The notes below the pieces were generated by a model. It saw only the letters and a program-made list of their open reading frames with translations. It had not been told where the DNA came from and did not search any database. A stretch of 64,000 bases of DNA from Gemmatimonadota bacterium (GTDB taxonomy: Bacteria; Gemmatimonadota; Gemmatimonadetes; Palauibacterales; Palauibacteraceae): contig OY762926.1 of NCBI GenBank assembly GCA_963666735.1, positions 3,552,001 through 3,616,000 of the forward strand, written 5' to 3'. Shown here piece after piece: positions 54,694 through 64,000 of the stretch. The first letter of the stretch is position 1. Every line of letters begins with the position of its first letter. The translations under genes and the position numbers were made by a program.

Positions 54694-57600
54694 CTAGACT
54701 CCTCCCGCGGTCACCGGAACTCTCACTTCCTTCGCCTCCGTGCGCCCCGGCGCCGCCAGGATTCCCAGGGCTTCCACCAGCATCGGCAGGAGGGGCTCGG
54801 TTCCCGCCCGTCGCAGGACCAACGATAACGGTTCCAGCCGCCGTACTTCAACGTGCAGCTGGCGGTCCGCGAGCGCGTTCGTAAGCAGCCTGAGCTGAGG
54901 CGAGGCCGTGGCTTCGAACGAGATGCGGGCGTCGTCGTCGGAGGCCCGGATCCAGTCCGCGCCGATCATCGCCCCGAGAATCCGGAGTTCCGCCGCCGCG
55001 AGCAGACGCGCCGCGGGGGGCGGAAGGCGGCCGAAGCGATCCTCGAGTTCCGCACGAAACGCCCTCACCTCCTCCCATTTCGTGAGACGCGAGAGCCAGC
55101 GATAGAGATGCATCTTCACCGGAGACCCGGCGACGTACGCATCGGGGAGGAACGATTCTCCGTCCACGGAGACGCGGGCGCGTGGCGCGGGGTCCGACGA
55201 CTCCCCCCTCAATCGCCGCAGGGTGCTCTCGACGAGCCGCTGCCAGGTCTCGATCCCGACCGCGGTGGCGAAGCCGCTCTGCTCCCCGCCCAGGAGGTTC
55301 CCCGCCCCCCGCAGCTCGAGATCCTTGAGCGCGACCTGGTACCCCGAGCCCAGTTCGGTGTGGTGCTCGAGCACGCGCAGCCGCTCCGCCGCATCCGGGG
55401 CGACATCGGAGGGGACGACGAGGTAGCAGTAGGCCCGGCGGTGAGAGCGGCCGACCCGCCCCCGCAGCTGGTAGAGCTGGGCGAGGCCGAAGTTGTGGGC
55501 GCGGTGGACGATCATCGTGTTCGCGGACGGGACGTCGAGTCCGTTCTCGATGATGGACGTGCAGATGAGCAGATCGATCTCGCCGTCGACGAACAGGTGC
55601 ATGACGTCCTCGAGTTCGCGCTCCGGCATCTGGCCGTGCGCGATCGCGGCCCGCGCCTCGGGCATCAGCCTCTCGACCCGGCTCGCGACGGCGTGGATCG
55701 TCTCCACGCGGTCGTGGACGAAGAACACTTGGCCGCCGCGGTCGAACTCGCGCCGCAGAGCCTCCTCCAGGATCCCGTCATCCCAGGGCAGCACGTGCGT
55801 GATGATCGGCATGCGGTTACGCGGCGGCGTGCGGATCGTGGAGAGGTCGCGCAGCCCGCCGAGCGCCAGGTGGAGGGTCCGGGGGATGGGCGTCGCCGTG
55901 AGGGTGAGGACATCCACCGTCTCGCGGTACTCCTTCAGCCGCTCCTTCTGGCGAACGCCGAAACGCTGCTCCTCGTCGACGATGAGGAGGCCCAGGTCGC
56001 GGAATTCGACGTCGCGCGAGAGGAGCCGGTGCGTGCCGATGACGATGTCGATGGTCCCGGCTGCGAGCCCCGCGACGACCTCGCGCTGCTCGCGGGGGGT
56101 GCGGAAGCGCGACAGCCCTTCCACGTGCACGGGGAAGCCCGCGAGGCGCTCGCGGAAGGTGGTGAGGTGCTGGTCCGCGAGAATCGTGGTCGGGGCGAGC
56201 ACGGCGACCTGCGCGCCGTCCTGTACGGCCTTGAACGCCGCGCGGATCGCGACCTCCGTCTTCCCGAAGCCGACGTCCCCGCACACGAGGCGATCCATCG
56301 GGACCGGCGCCTCGAGATCCCGGCGGACGGCGGCCCAGGCGCTGAGCTGATCCGGCGTCTCATCGTAGAGGAAGGCGGATTCCATCTCGCGCTGCCAGGC
56401 GGTCTCGGCCGGGAAAGCGCGGCCGGGCGACATCTTGCGCCGCGCGTAGAGTTGGAGGAGTTCGACCGCGGTAGCCTCGATCGCCGCGACGGTCCGGTTC
56501 CGGAGTTGCTTCCACTTCCGCCGGCCGAGCTTGTGGACCGCGGGCGGCCGGGCGTCGGAGCCGGCGGCGCTCCACCGTTCGATGAGGTCCAGCCGATAGT
56601 GCGGAAGTCTGAGGATTTCGCCGTCGGCGTAACGGATCTCCATCGTCTCGATCGTCTCGCCGCGCACCTCGACCCGCTCCAGGCCCATGTAGCGGCCGAT
56701 CCCGTGCTCCATGTGAACCACGTAGTCGCCGGGTTCGATGGCCGCGATGGATTCGATGGTGGCGGCGCCGCGCAGCCGCAGGCGGTGGCGGCGATACCGG
56801 CGCCGGAAGACCTCGTGATCCGTGAGGACGAGCAGGGTGCCGGGGACCCCGACCCTGAACCCGCCGCTGAGCGATCCGATGGCGAGGGCGACATCGCGGG
56901 CGAGCGCGGCGCCCCCGCGTTCGGTGAGGATCTCCTCCATCCGCTCGACCTGCCCGTCGTTGTCGCAGAAGACGATGAGTCGTTCGCCGCGGGCCCGCGC
57001 CGTTCCGATCTCCGCCACGAGCCGTTTCATGTCGCGGTCTATGGAGGGTGGAGGCTCGACCGGCAGCCGAATCGCGACCGGCGAACCCTGCTCCGAACTC
57101 TGCTCCGAACCCTGGTCCGGGGCCGTGAATTCGAGGAGGCGGAACGCCGCGAGCCGCCGTTCCGCCTCGGCCGGCGGGAGGACGAGAGACTCGGCCGGCA
57201 CTGCGGCGGCCCCGACGCGCTTCCTCGCGTCCCGGACCTCATCCCACAGGCGTTCGCGCCCCCGGACGCCCCCCTCCGGATCGAGGACCAGAGCGAGCGC
57301 CGCCGGAGGCAGCGTCTCGAGCAGGGCGCGCCGTTCAACGTCGCCCGCCGTTTCGGAGCCCCGAAGCGAGATCGGCAGGACATCCACGCTCGGCAGGGTT
57401 TCGGTCGAACGCTGGGTGAGCGCGTCGAAGCGGCGCACCGACTCCACTTCGTCGCCCCAGAGTTCGATCCGCAGCGGCGCCGGATGTCCGAACGGGAACA
57501 GATCCACGATCCCGCCGCGGATCGCGTAGTCCCCGACTTCACGCACCGTGTGGGTGCGGTCGAATCCCATCTGTTCCAGGCGTTGGCCGAGCTCGGCCAG

Positions 57601-58017
57601 GGGGTGCGCGGTCCCGCGCCGGATCGTGAGAGCGAGGCTCGTGCCGGGGCCGACCGGGATCGGCGCGCGTTCGGCGAGCGCGCGGGCCGTCGTCGCGAGG
57701 ATGCGGCATTGACCGCCCAGCAGCGCCCCGATGGCGTCCACGCGCTGGGCCTCGATCTCGATGTGAGGGTCCGCATCCTCGTACGGGAGGGCCTCGCGCT
57801 GCGGGTAGCAGCGGGCGCCGGCGGCGCCGAGCGTGCGGAGATCCTCGTGCAGAGCCTCGGCCCGCTCGGGCGTGTCGGCGACGAGGACGATGGGCGCGCC
57901 GACCGCCAGGTCGTCGAGCGCGAGCGCAAGGGCGGCGGATCCCGCCCCCGGGAGCGGGTGGACGGACGCACGGGCGCCACGTCGCGAGAGCGCCTCGGGG
58001 ATTCCGGCGGCTCGCAC
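54694..58017 (-). CDS. mfd: Transcription-repair coupling factor
   Basis: RGGIVDLF, GDYVVH..HGIG, MDRLVCGDVGFGKTEVA, DEEQRFG, TATPIPRT, QLRGRVGR, DLELRGAG. Confidence 0.96.
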   Translation of the reverse strand: MRAAGIPEALSRRGARASVHPLPGAGSAALALALDDLAVGAPIVLVADTPERAEALHEDLRTLGAAGARCYPQREALPYEDADPHIEIEAQRVDAIGALLGGQCRILATTARALAERAPIPVGPGTSLALTIRRGTAHPLAELGQRLEQMGFDRTHTVREVGDYAIRGGIVDLFPFGHPAPLRIELWGDEVESVRRFDALTQRSTETLPSVDVLPISLRGSETAGDVERRALLETLPPAALALVLDPEGGVRGRERLWDEVRDARKRVGAAAVPAESLVLPPAEAERRLAAFRLLEFTAPDQGSEQSSEQGSPVAIRLPVEPPPSIDRDMKRLVAEIGTARARGERLIVFCDNDGQVERMEEILTERGGAALARDVALAIGSLSGGFRVGVPGTLLVLTDHEVFRRRYRRHRLRLRGAATIESIAAIEPGDYVVHMEHGIGRYMGLERVEVRGETIETMEIRYADGEILRLPHYRLDLIERWSAAGSDARPPAVHKLGRRKWKQLRNRTVAAIEATAVELLQLYARRKMSPGRAFPAETAWQREMESAFLYDETPDQLSAWAAVRRDLEAPVPMDRLVCGDVGFGKTEVAIRAAFKAVQDGAQVAVLAPTTILADQHLTTFRERLAGFPVHVEGLSRFRTPREQREVVAGLAAGTIDIVIGTHRLLSRDVEFRDLGLLIVDEEQRFGVRQKERLKEYRETVDVLTLTATPIPRTLHLALGGLRDLSTIRTPPRNRMPIITHVLPWDDGILEEALRREFDRGGQVFFVHDRVETIHAVASRVERLMPEARAAIAHGQMPERELEDVMHLFVDGEIDLLICTSIIENGLDVPSANTMIVHRAHNFGLAQLYQLRGRVGRSHRRAYCYLVVPSDVAPDAAERLRVLEHHTELGSGYQVALKDLELRGAGNLLGGEQSGFATAVGIETWQRLVESTLRRLRGESSDPAPRARVSVDGESFLPDAYVAGSPVKMHLYRWLSRLTKWEEVRAFRAELEDRFGRLPPPAARLLAAAELRILGAMIGADWIRASDDDARISFEATASPQLRLLTNALADRQLHVEVRRLEPLSLVLRRAGTEPLLPMLVEALGILAAPGRTEAKEVRVPVTAGGV

Positions 58018-58040
58018 GGTCTGGAGGAACGACGTTCGGA

Positions 58041-60047
58041 TCAGTTCGACGCGCCCGATGTGACCTCGCTCCCTTCACCGTCCGCGCGCGGGTGGCGCGA
58101 CCGGCCCGGCGTCGCCAGGTACAACTCGATTCCGATCAGCGCGAGCGCGAGCGCGATCAGCCAGGGGGCCATGTCCCGGCCCCGCCGCGCGCGGAAGATA
58201 CCATCCTGCCAGGCACCCGCGTCGGGGCCCGCCGTGAATACCGGCCGGCCGGCGAACAGTTCCTCCAGTTCGCGCCGCGCCATCGGCGTGGGATCGGTCT
58301 CCTCCGCCGGCACGTTCGCCGCGAAGTGCGTTTCCGCGGCCGCCCCGTCGCTGCCCGTGCCCCGAACCGCATACACCCCCGCCCTGAGCGGCGTGAACCG
58401 CGCTCCGCCCTCTACGCCCCGGATCGTCCCGTCGGGGGATTCGACCTCGCTCGCCCACTCCGGGAGGGTCAGCGGCCGCCCCGCCCCGAAATCGGCGAAG
58501 GGCCAGGTGGCGAGGTGGGACCAGTGCACGAGGAGCGCTTCGAGGAAGGGGACCATGGCCGGATGCGCGGGGATGTCGCTGGCGCCGGCGGTGAGCGGCG
58601 AGGCGAGGATCAGCGCCAGCCGATCGTCCGACTCCGTGCGGATGAGCCACGGTTCTCCGTCTTCCGTGCGGAGCAGGGCCGTGTCCGCGGCCGACCCGCC
58701 GCCCGTCGCGCGCAGGAGGTAGCGCTGCCGGACCCGAACCCCCGAGAGCGAGAACGCGGCCTCCGGCTCCGTGAGTCCGAGGTCGCCCGATCCGGCATCC
58801 ACGCGTGCCTGCCAGGCGACCCCTGAGGAAGCGAGTCCCTGATTGAAAGCCGCGAGATCGACCGGGTCCGCGGGTGGAACGAAAATGACGGTCCCCGCTC
58901 CCTCCCACGGCGCGCCGACGCTCACATCCCCGTCCACGACCGCTACGGCCCCGTTTCCTCCCGCTCCGAGCCGCCCTCCGTCGCGGAGCGTCTCGATGCC
59001 GAGCCCGGCGAAGCTGGTCGCGTCGCCGTGGAAGCGGACCGTGGGCGGAGGCACGACCCGGATCGCGAAGTAGCGCAGGTCGTCGGCCCGCGCGCCGCCG
59101 GGGTCCACCTCCAGCCGCCCCTCGTGCAGCCCCGGTGCGAGTTCGGGGAGGCCGAGGATGGCGCTCGCTCCCCACGGAGCCCGGGCCGCGCCGGCGAGTC
59201 GCCCGTCGAGTTCCAGGCGGATGTCGGCCTCCGCCGCGGCCGGGTTTGACAGGTCCGGCGGGTCCGACGGATCCGGCGAGTCGCCCGGCCCCGTGCGCGC
59301 GCTCCGCACGATGACGCCGTGCCCCGTCCCCGACGGCGCGGTCGTGCCCCCGGTGAGTTCGACATCGACGAGCGCGCCGTTCGGCTCGGCCGGCGGCGGC
59401 GGCGCGTACGCCACGAGAGGGGCGGCGTCGCCTGCCGCCGTCGGGGCGGTCCGGAGCGCAGACGCCTGGAGGTCCGACAGCAACTGGATTTCGCGCCGTC
59501 GTTCGCCCTCGGCCGGGAGCGCCCCGGCCGCCCGGGCCACGACGGCGGCCAGATCGGCCGCACCGTCCGTCGGCCGGAGCTGCCCGAGAGCCGGCGCGGC
59601 GCGCCCCGCGGAGACGCCGGCCGCGAGCGGTTCTCCCACAGTGGGGAAGAGCCACACGCGGTCTTCCGGGCGGGCCGCGGCGAGCGCCGAGCGGGCCAGT
59701 TCCACGAGCGACTCGAACAGGAGGCGGTCTTCGTCCAGCCGCCCGACGCTGGCCGAGTTGTCCACGATGAGCGCGAGGTCCGTCGGCTCGTGGTCGTGGG
59801 CGCCGCCCCGTCCGATGAGCGGACCCGCCGCGGCGAGCGCGAGTGCGATCAGGAGGCCGATCCGCACGGCGAGCAGCAGCAGGTCCGAGGCCGCGAGCGA
59901 CCTCGAGCGCGCGTCTTCCGCGCGGCTCAGGTAGCGGAGCGCCGGAAAGGACACGCGCCGGTCCGTCTGGCGCCGCCGCAGGTGGAGGATGAGCGGCACG
60001 ACGGCGCTCAGCCCGAGCGCGACCGCCCACAGGTAGAGGAAGCTCAA
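58041..60047 (-). CDS. BatA-domain / vWA-like membrane protein
   Basis: TTG start 60047; PLILHL..FPALRYL..LLLAVR, IVDNSASV, LLSDLQ; C-terminal TM segment. Confidence 0.82.
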   Translation of the reverse strand: MSFLYLWAVALGLSAVVPLILHLRRRQTDRRVSFPALRYLSRAEDARSRSLAASDLLLLAVRIGLLIALALAAAGPLIGRGGAHDHEPTDLALIVDNSASVGRLDEDRLLFESLVELARSALAAARPEDRVWLFPTVGEPLAAGVSAGRAAPALGQLRPTDGAADLAAVVARAAGALPAEGERRREIQLLSDLQASALRTAPTAAGDAAPLVAYAPPPPAEPNGALVDVELTGGTTAPSGTGHGVIVRSARTGPGDSPDPSDPPDLSNPAAAEADIRLELDGRLAGAARAPWGASAILGLPELAPGLHEGRLEVDPGGARADDLRYFAIRVVPPPTVRFHGDATSFAGLGIETLRDGGRLGAGGNGAVAVVDGDVSVGAPWEGAGTVIFVPPADPVDLAAFNQGLASSGVAWQARVDAGSGDLGLTEPEAAFSLSGVRVRQRYLLRATGGGSAADTALLRTEDGEPWLIRTESDDRLALILASPLTAGASDIPAHPAMVPFLEALLVHWSHLATWPFADFGAGRPLTLPEWASEVESPDGTIRGVEGGARFTPLRAGVYAVRGTGSDGAAAETHFAANVPAEETDPTPMARRELEELFAGRPVFTAGPDAGAWQDGIFRARRGRDMAPWLIALALALIGIELYLATPGRSRHPRADGEGSEVTSGASN

Positions 60048-60078
60048 GCCGCTTCGGCTCCCGTCATCTCGGCTCCCG

Positions 60079-61020
60079 TCATCCGCCGGCGCGCCTGCGC
60101 ATGAACTGCCGCAGCGCGAGTCCGAGGGGGGTGTCCGTCGTGAGGAGCGCATAGTCGGCTCCCCAGCGCAGCGCCTCCTTGCGCCAGCCGTCGATCGCGG
60201 CCTCGACCGCCTCCCGGTACTGCCTGCGGAGCGCCGCGGAGTTGGCGCCCAGTTCCTCGCCCGTCTCGGGGTCGAAGAAGATCGCCTCCCCCTCCGCGGG
60301 AAGTTCCCGCTCGCCGGGGTCCATGATGTGGAACAGGATCACTTCATGGCCGCGGTGCCGGAGATAGCGCAGGGACATCCGCGTCGTCTCCGGGTCCACC
60401 AGCAGGTCCGAAATGAGCACGACGAGACCCCGCCGCTGCAGCCGGCCGGCGATCTCCTTGAGCGCGGAACCCGCGTCGGTGCGGCCATCGGCGGAGAGGC
60501 GCGTGAGTTCGCCCAGCAGCCGGCGCCAGTGGCGGCGCGTGGTGCGCGGCGCGATGTGCGCCCGCAGCGCCTCGTCGAAGGCGATGAGTCCCGTCGCGTC
60601 CCCCTGCTGTACGAGGAGCAGCGAGAGCGAGGCCGCGAGCAGCCGCGCGTAGGCGAGCTTGGTCGGAAAGCGCTCCCCGTCCGACACCCACCCCATCGAC
60701 CGGCTCACGTCGACGAGAAGGTAGGCCCGCAGGTTCGTCTCCTCCTCGTACTGCTTGATGAAGAGGCGGTCCGTCCGCGCGTAGGCCTTCCAGTCCAGGT
60801 AGCGGAGGTCGTCGCCGTGGTTGTAGGGCCGATCCTCGGCGAACTCGGCGGAAAAGCCGCGCTTCGGCGAGTCGTGGAGCCCGATGAGAAACCCTTCGAC
60901 GATATGGCGCGCCACGAGCTCGAGGTGCGAAAGGCCCACGATCTCGCGCGGACTCGCGAGGTCGAGGCGCTGTCGGGAAGCTTCGAGAGCGGGGGTGAGA
61001 GTTGCGGTGCCTTCGGTCAT
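60079..61020 (-). CDS. DUF58 family protein
   Basis: GLHDS..RGFSAEFAE.R.Y..GDDLRYLDWK..ARTD...KQYEEET, DVSRSM, ISDLL. Confidence 0.92.
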   Translation of the reverse strand: MTEGTATLTPALEASRQRLDLASPREIVGLSHLELVARHIVEGFLIGLHDSPKRGFSAEFAEDRPYNHGDDLRYLDWKAYARTDRLFIKQYEEETNLRAYLLVDVSRSMGWVSDGERFPTKLAYARLLAASLSLLLVQQGDATGLIAFDEALRAHIAPRTTRRHWRRLLGELTRLSADGRTDAGSALKEIAGRLQRRGLVVLISDLLVDPETTRMSLRYLRHRGHEVILFHIMDPGERELPAEGEAIFFDPETGEELGANSAALRRQYREAVEAAIDGWRKEALRWGADYALLTTDTPLGLALRQFMRRRAGG

Positions 61021-61105
61021 CGGAAAAGACTAGCAGCCCGTGGCGGAGCCCCGCCACACGTCGCGGACTCGCCTTCGGTCGAACGTCTCTCCGGGAAGGA
61101 AGCGC

Positions 61106-62629
61106 ATGAAAAGGAAGCTGCCGGGAATCAGGCCGACCCTGCCGGGCGCGAGGCCCGCCGCGATGTGGCTTCCGGTGCGGGTCCCGCTGTGGGTCCCGCT
61201 GCTGGCACTCGCGGCCTCCCCCGCGGGCATCTCCGCGCAGGCCGGGACCGGGGCCGGAGCGGCGACCATCACCGCGGACGACCTGCGTTTTCGCATCGGC
61301 GCCCTGGCGCACGATTCGATGCGCGGCCGGGCGACGCCGAGCCCGGAACTGGACAAGGCGGCGCGGCACATCGCCCGCCGTTTCGAGGAGTTCGGCCTCC
61401 AGCCGGCGGACGGGGACAGCTATCTGCAGGAGTATCCGCTGACCGCTTCCCGAGCCGGCTCCCCCGGGCGGCAGTTGCTCGAGATCGACGGTCCGGGCGG
61501 CGGGACGATCGACATGTCCGACTACCTCTCCGTTCCCGGCGGCCGCGGCCAGGCCGCAGGTCCGCTCGCGGTCGTGACGCCCGGCGGCGCGGACCCCCCC
61601 TCGGGCGCTGTCGCGATCATGCGGGTGCCGTCCGATGACATGCGGCGGGGCCTCGAATCCGTCCGCGGCATCCTCGATGGCGGTGCCGTCGCCGTTCTGC
61701 TCGCGCTCGATGTTGCGGACGACTACTTCGACGGCATCCGGCGCTTCTACGCGCGGGAGCGGCTTTCCGTCGGCATGCCGGAGGAACTCGGCGCCCCGGT
61801 CGCCCTCGTCCGGATGCACGCGCTCCCCGAGGCGCTGCGTGCGGCCCTCGCTTCCGGAGCGGGCACGAACGTTTGGGAGGCGACGGTGCGCACGCACTCC
61901 GAATTCCGCGAGGAGAGGGCCTACAACACGATCGGCTGGATCGAGGGTTCGGATCCCGGCCTGCGCGGCGAGTTCGTCGTCTTCACCGCCCACATGGATC
62001 ACGTGGGCGTGGGGCGGCCCGTCGACGGCGACTCCATCTACAACGGCGCCGATGACGACGCCTCGGGAACCGCGGCGATCATCGAACTTGCGCAGGCGTT
62101 CGCGTCGCTGGAAACGCCGCCTCGCCGTTCCCTCGTGTTCATGACCGTGAGCGGGGAGGAGCGCGGCCTTCTCGGCTCCGCGTGGTATGCGGAGAACCCG
62201 CTGTTTCCCCTCGGGGCGACGGTCGCCAACCTGAACATCGACATGATCGGACGGAACTGGCGCGACACCGTCGTGGCGATCGGCGCCGACGAATCGACGC
62301 TCGGCGCGACGCTTCGGCAGACGCTGCGGGATCACCCGGAACTCGGGCTCGAGACGATCGACGACCCGTGGCCGGAGGAGAATTTCTACTTCCGCTCGGA
62401 CCACTACAACTTTGCGAGGAAGGGCGTACCCATTCTCTTCTTCTTTACGGGCACGCACGAGGACTACCACGGTCCCAACGACGAACCGGACCGGATTCTG
62501 TACGACAAGACGGCGCGCATCGCGCGTCTCATCTTTCATCTCGGGCAGCGCATCGCCGACGCCGAAGAACGGCCCGAGTGGGATCCGGCCGCATACCGGC
62601 GGGTTGTAGAGGGCGGCGGTGGGTCGTAG
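61106..62629 (+). CDS. M28 family aminopeptidase
   Basis: Signal peptide; AHDSMRGR, AHMDHVG, YNGADDDASG, SGEERGLLGS, RSDHYNF, DYHGPND. Confidence 0.92.
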   Translation: MKRKLPGIRPTLPGARPAAMWLPVRVPLWVPLLALAASPAGISAQAGTGAGAATITADDLRFRIGALAHDSMRGRATPSPELDKAARHIARRFEEFGLQPADGDSYLQEYPLTASRAGSPGRQLLEIDGPGGGTIDMSDYLSVPGGRGQAAGPLAVVTPGGADPPSGAVAIMRVPSDDMRRGLESVRGILDGGAVAVLLALDVADDYFDGIRRFYARERLSVGMPEELGAPVALVRMHALPEALRAALASGAGTNVWEATVRTHSEFREERAYNTIGWIEGSDPGLRGEFVVFTAHMDHVGVGRPVDGDSIYNGADDDASGTAAIIELAQAFASLETPPRRSLVFMTVSGEERGLLGSAWYAENPLFPLGATVANLNIDMIGRNWRDTVVAIGADESTLGATLRQTLRDHPELGLETIDDPWPEENFYFRSDHYNFARKGVPILFFFTGTHEDYHGPNDEPDRILYDKTARIARLIFHLGQRIADAEERPEWDPAAYRRVVEGGGGS

Positions 62630-62716
62630 ACGGCCGCGGCCGTCGGGTTGCGCCGAGCTATCGAGCTTCGCCGAGCCAGCGGATTTTGCCAGGGCGCCAG
62701 CAGGAGAGTGAGTGAC

Positions 62717-63271
62717 ATGTCGGAGTCGGAGCAGGATCAACAGCCGTACGTGATCGTGGAACGCCGGGCGTCCGGGGTCGTCGCATTCGTCTGCGGCGCT
62801 CTGGTGGGCGCGGGCGTCGCGCTGCTTCTGGCGCCGAAGTCCGGACGCGAGACGCAGGCTGACCTGCGGGAGGGGGCCCGCCGGTTCAAGGAGGGGACGG
62901 GGGAGCGACTCACGGACCTCCGGGACACGCTCGGCGACCGCTACGACCGCACGCGCGATCAGGTGGGAACGCGGGTGGGGGCCTTCCGCCGGAACGTCGC
63001 CGACCGCCAGAAGAAGGCCGGGGAGGCGCTAAAGGCGGGGAAGGACGCGGCCCGGCAGGCTCGCTCCGACCTCGAAGCGCGTGTCTCCGAGTCCAAGGAG
63101 GCCTACCGCGCGGCGCTGGCGGAGGGCGCGGCGCCGGAGGAAGGCCTCGAGGAAGCCCCGGAAGATGGGCCCGGGGATGAGGCGGCAGACGGAACCGGAG
63201 ACAAGGCGGGGGAGGCGCCGGGGGCCGATGAGAGCGTCGGCGACGCCGACGGCGAGGCGTCCCGGGAGTGA
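62717..63271 (+). CDS. YtxH domain protein
   Basis: AFVCGALVGAGVALLLAPKSGRET motif followed by coiled coil. Confidence 0.85.
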   Translation: MSESEQDQQPYVIVERRASGVVAFVCGALVGAGVALLLAPKSGRETQADLREGARRFKEGTGERLTDLRDTLGDRYDRTRDQVGTRVGAFRRNVADRQKKAGEALKAGKDAARQARSDLEARVSESKEAYRAALAEGAAPEEGLEEAPEDGPGDEAADGTGDKAGEAPGADESVGDADGEASRE

Positions 63272-63274
63272 GCC

Positions 63275-63748
63275 GTGGGCGATCTCGATGGGGTCCGGGT
63301 CATCGCCCGCAACAGGAAGGCGCGCCACGACTACGAGGTGCTCGAACAGTTCGAGGCGGGGATCGTGCTGCGGGGCGCGGAGGTGAAATCGCTCCGGGAC
63401 GGGAAGGCGAGTTTCACCGACTCGTACGGGCGGATCGACGCCGGGGAGGCGTGGCTCCATAATCTCCACATTCCTCCGTACGACAAGGCGACGATCGACG
63501 CCCCCGACCCGGTGCGTCCGCGAAAGCTCCTGCTCAGGCGGCGGGAGATCGATCGCCTGCGCTCGAAGACGCGGGAGGGCGGGCTGACGCTCGTGCCGCT
63601 GGATCTCCATTTTCGGCGGGGCTTCGCCAAGGTCACGCTGGGGTTGGCGCGGGGGAAGAAGCACCGGGATCGGCGGGAGGACCTGAAGAGGAAGACGATG
63701 CGGCGGGAGGTCGAGCGGGCGACGAGAGAGGCCGCGCGTGGGGGTTGA
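63275..63748 (+). CDS. smpB: SsrA-binding protein
   Basis: NRKARHDY, EAGIVL.G.EVKSLR, RKLLL, GLTLVPL, LARGKK..DRRE. Confidence 0.96.
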   Translation: MGDLDGVRVIARNRKARHDYEVLEQFEAGIVLRGAEVKSLRDGKASFTDSYGRIDAGEAWLHNLHIPPYDKATIDAPDPVRPRKLLLRRREIDRLRSKTREGGLTLVPLDLHFRRGFAKVTLGLARGKKHRDRREDLKRKTMRREVERATREAARGG

Positions 63749-64000
63749 CCGGGGAGCCCGCGGCGAACGCGGACCGGTCGGCGCGGGCGGGCGGCTGGTG
63801 GTTGCCGCCGCCGCCGTCGCCATCGTCGTCGCGCAGGCCGTGCTTTCGGGGATCCTGGCGAGACTCGAGGCGCAGACGCCCCCCGAGACGGTACAGGCGG
63901 AGGTGTCGGGCCGTACCGTGAGTCTCGCCGTCGCGCGGCACCGGGCCTACCCCGCGGTGGAGGCGGCGGATCTGGCGCTCGCACTGGAGAGCGTCCTCGA
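63738..64000 (+). CDS. Secreted protein, N-terminal part (runs off window; possibly an amidase)
   Basis: GTG 63738 open to the edge: ...LVVAAAAVAIVVAQAVLSG..EAQTPPETVQ..HRAYPAV; product is a guess from gene position. Confidence 0.45.
   Translation, partial: MGVDRGARGERGPVGAGGRLVVAAAAVAIVVAQAVLSGILARLEAQTPPETVQAEVSGRTVSLAVARHRAYPAVEAADLALALESVL

Noticed and set aside
58017..58044. Possible CTG start for mfd at a CTGA overlap
   Set aside because: An in-frame GTG lies 27 nt downstream, so a non-canonical start is not required
63275..64000. tmRNA next to smpB
   Set aside because: Downstream sequence is an open reading frame with a signal peptide; no tmRNA termini seen

Overview
High-GC bacterial chromosomal window. 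Gene content and order (moeA, gdhB/glnA, guaB, mltD, moaC-holB-envC-ftsXE-pdxA-surA-mfd, ytxH-smpB) and the many secreted TPR, beta-propeller, FG-GAP and peptidase proteins suggest Gemmatimonadota, possibly a host-associated lineage (inference only). The right half (about 34-64 kb) is mostly housekeeping. The left half, especially 16-33.4 kb, is accessory. It holds a frameshifted IS481 clipping the 3' end of an AAA ATPase gene and a 3-kb tandem array of HicA-like/HicB-like(+HTH) toxin-antitoxin modules with an exact 887-bp period and mosaic variation concentrated at the likely toxin-antitoxin interface (top candidate for an undescribed system). It also holds a 2OG-Fe(II) oxygenase divergent from an imuB-DUF6504-dnaE2 mutagenesis cassette that lacks imuA, and a rearranged locus where a DUF2442/DUF4160 pair sits inside a shattered XRE antitoxin gene between ~300-bp direct repeats. 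Features missed by the ORF track include a SelW/Rdx selenoprotein (CxxU plus SECIS-like hairpin, 34054-34272, minus strand), probable ATT and CTG start codons, and two copies of a 20-22 bp parS-like perfect palindrome. No rRNA, tRNA or CRISPR array was recognised. All family assignments come from motif recognition by eye; no searches were run.
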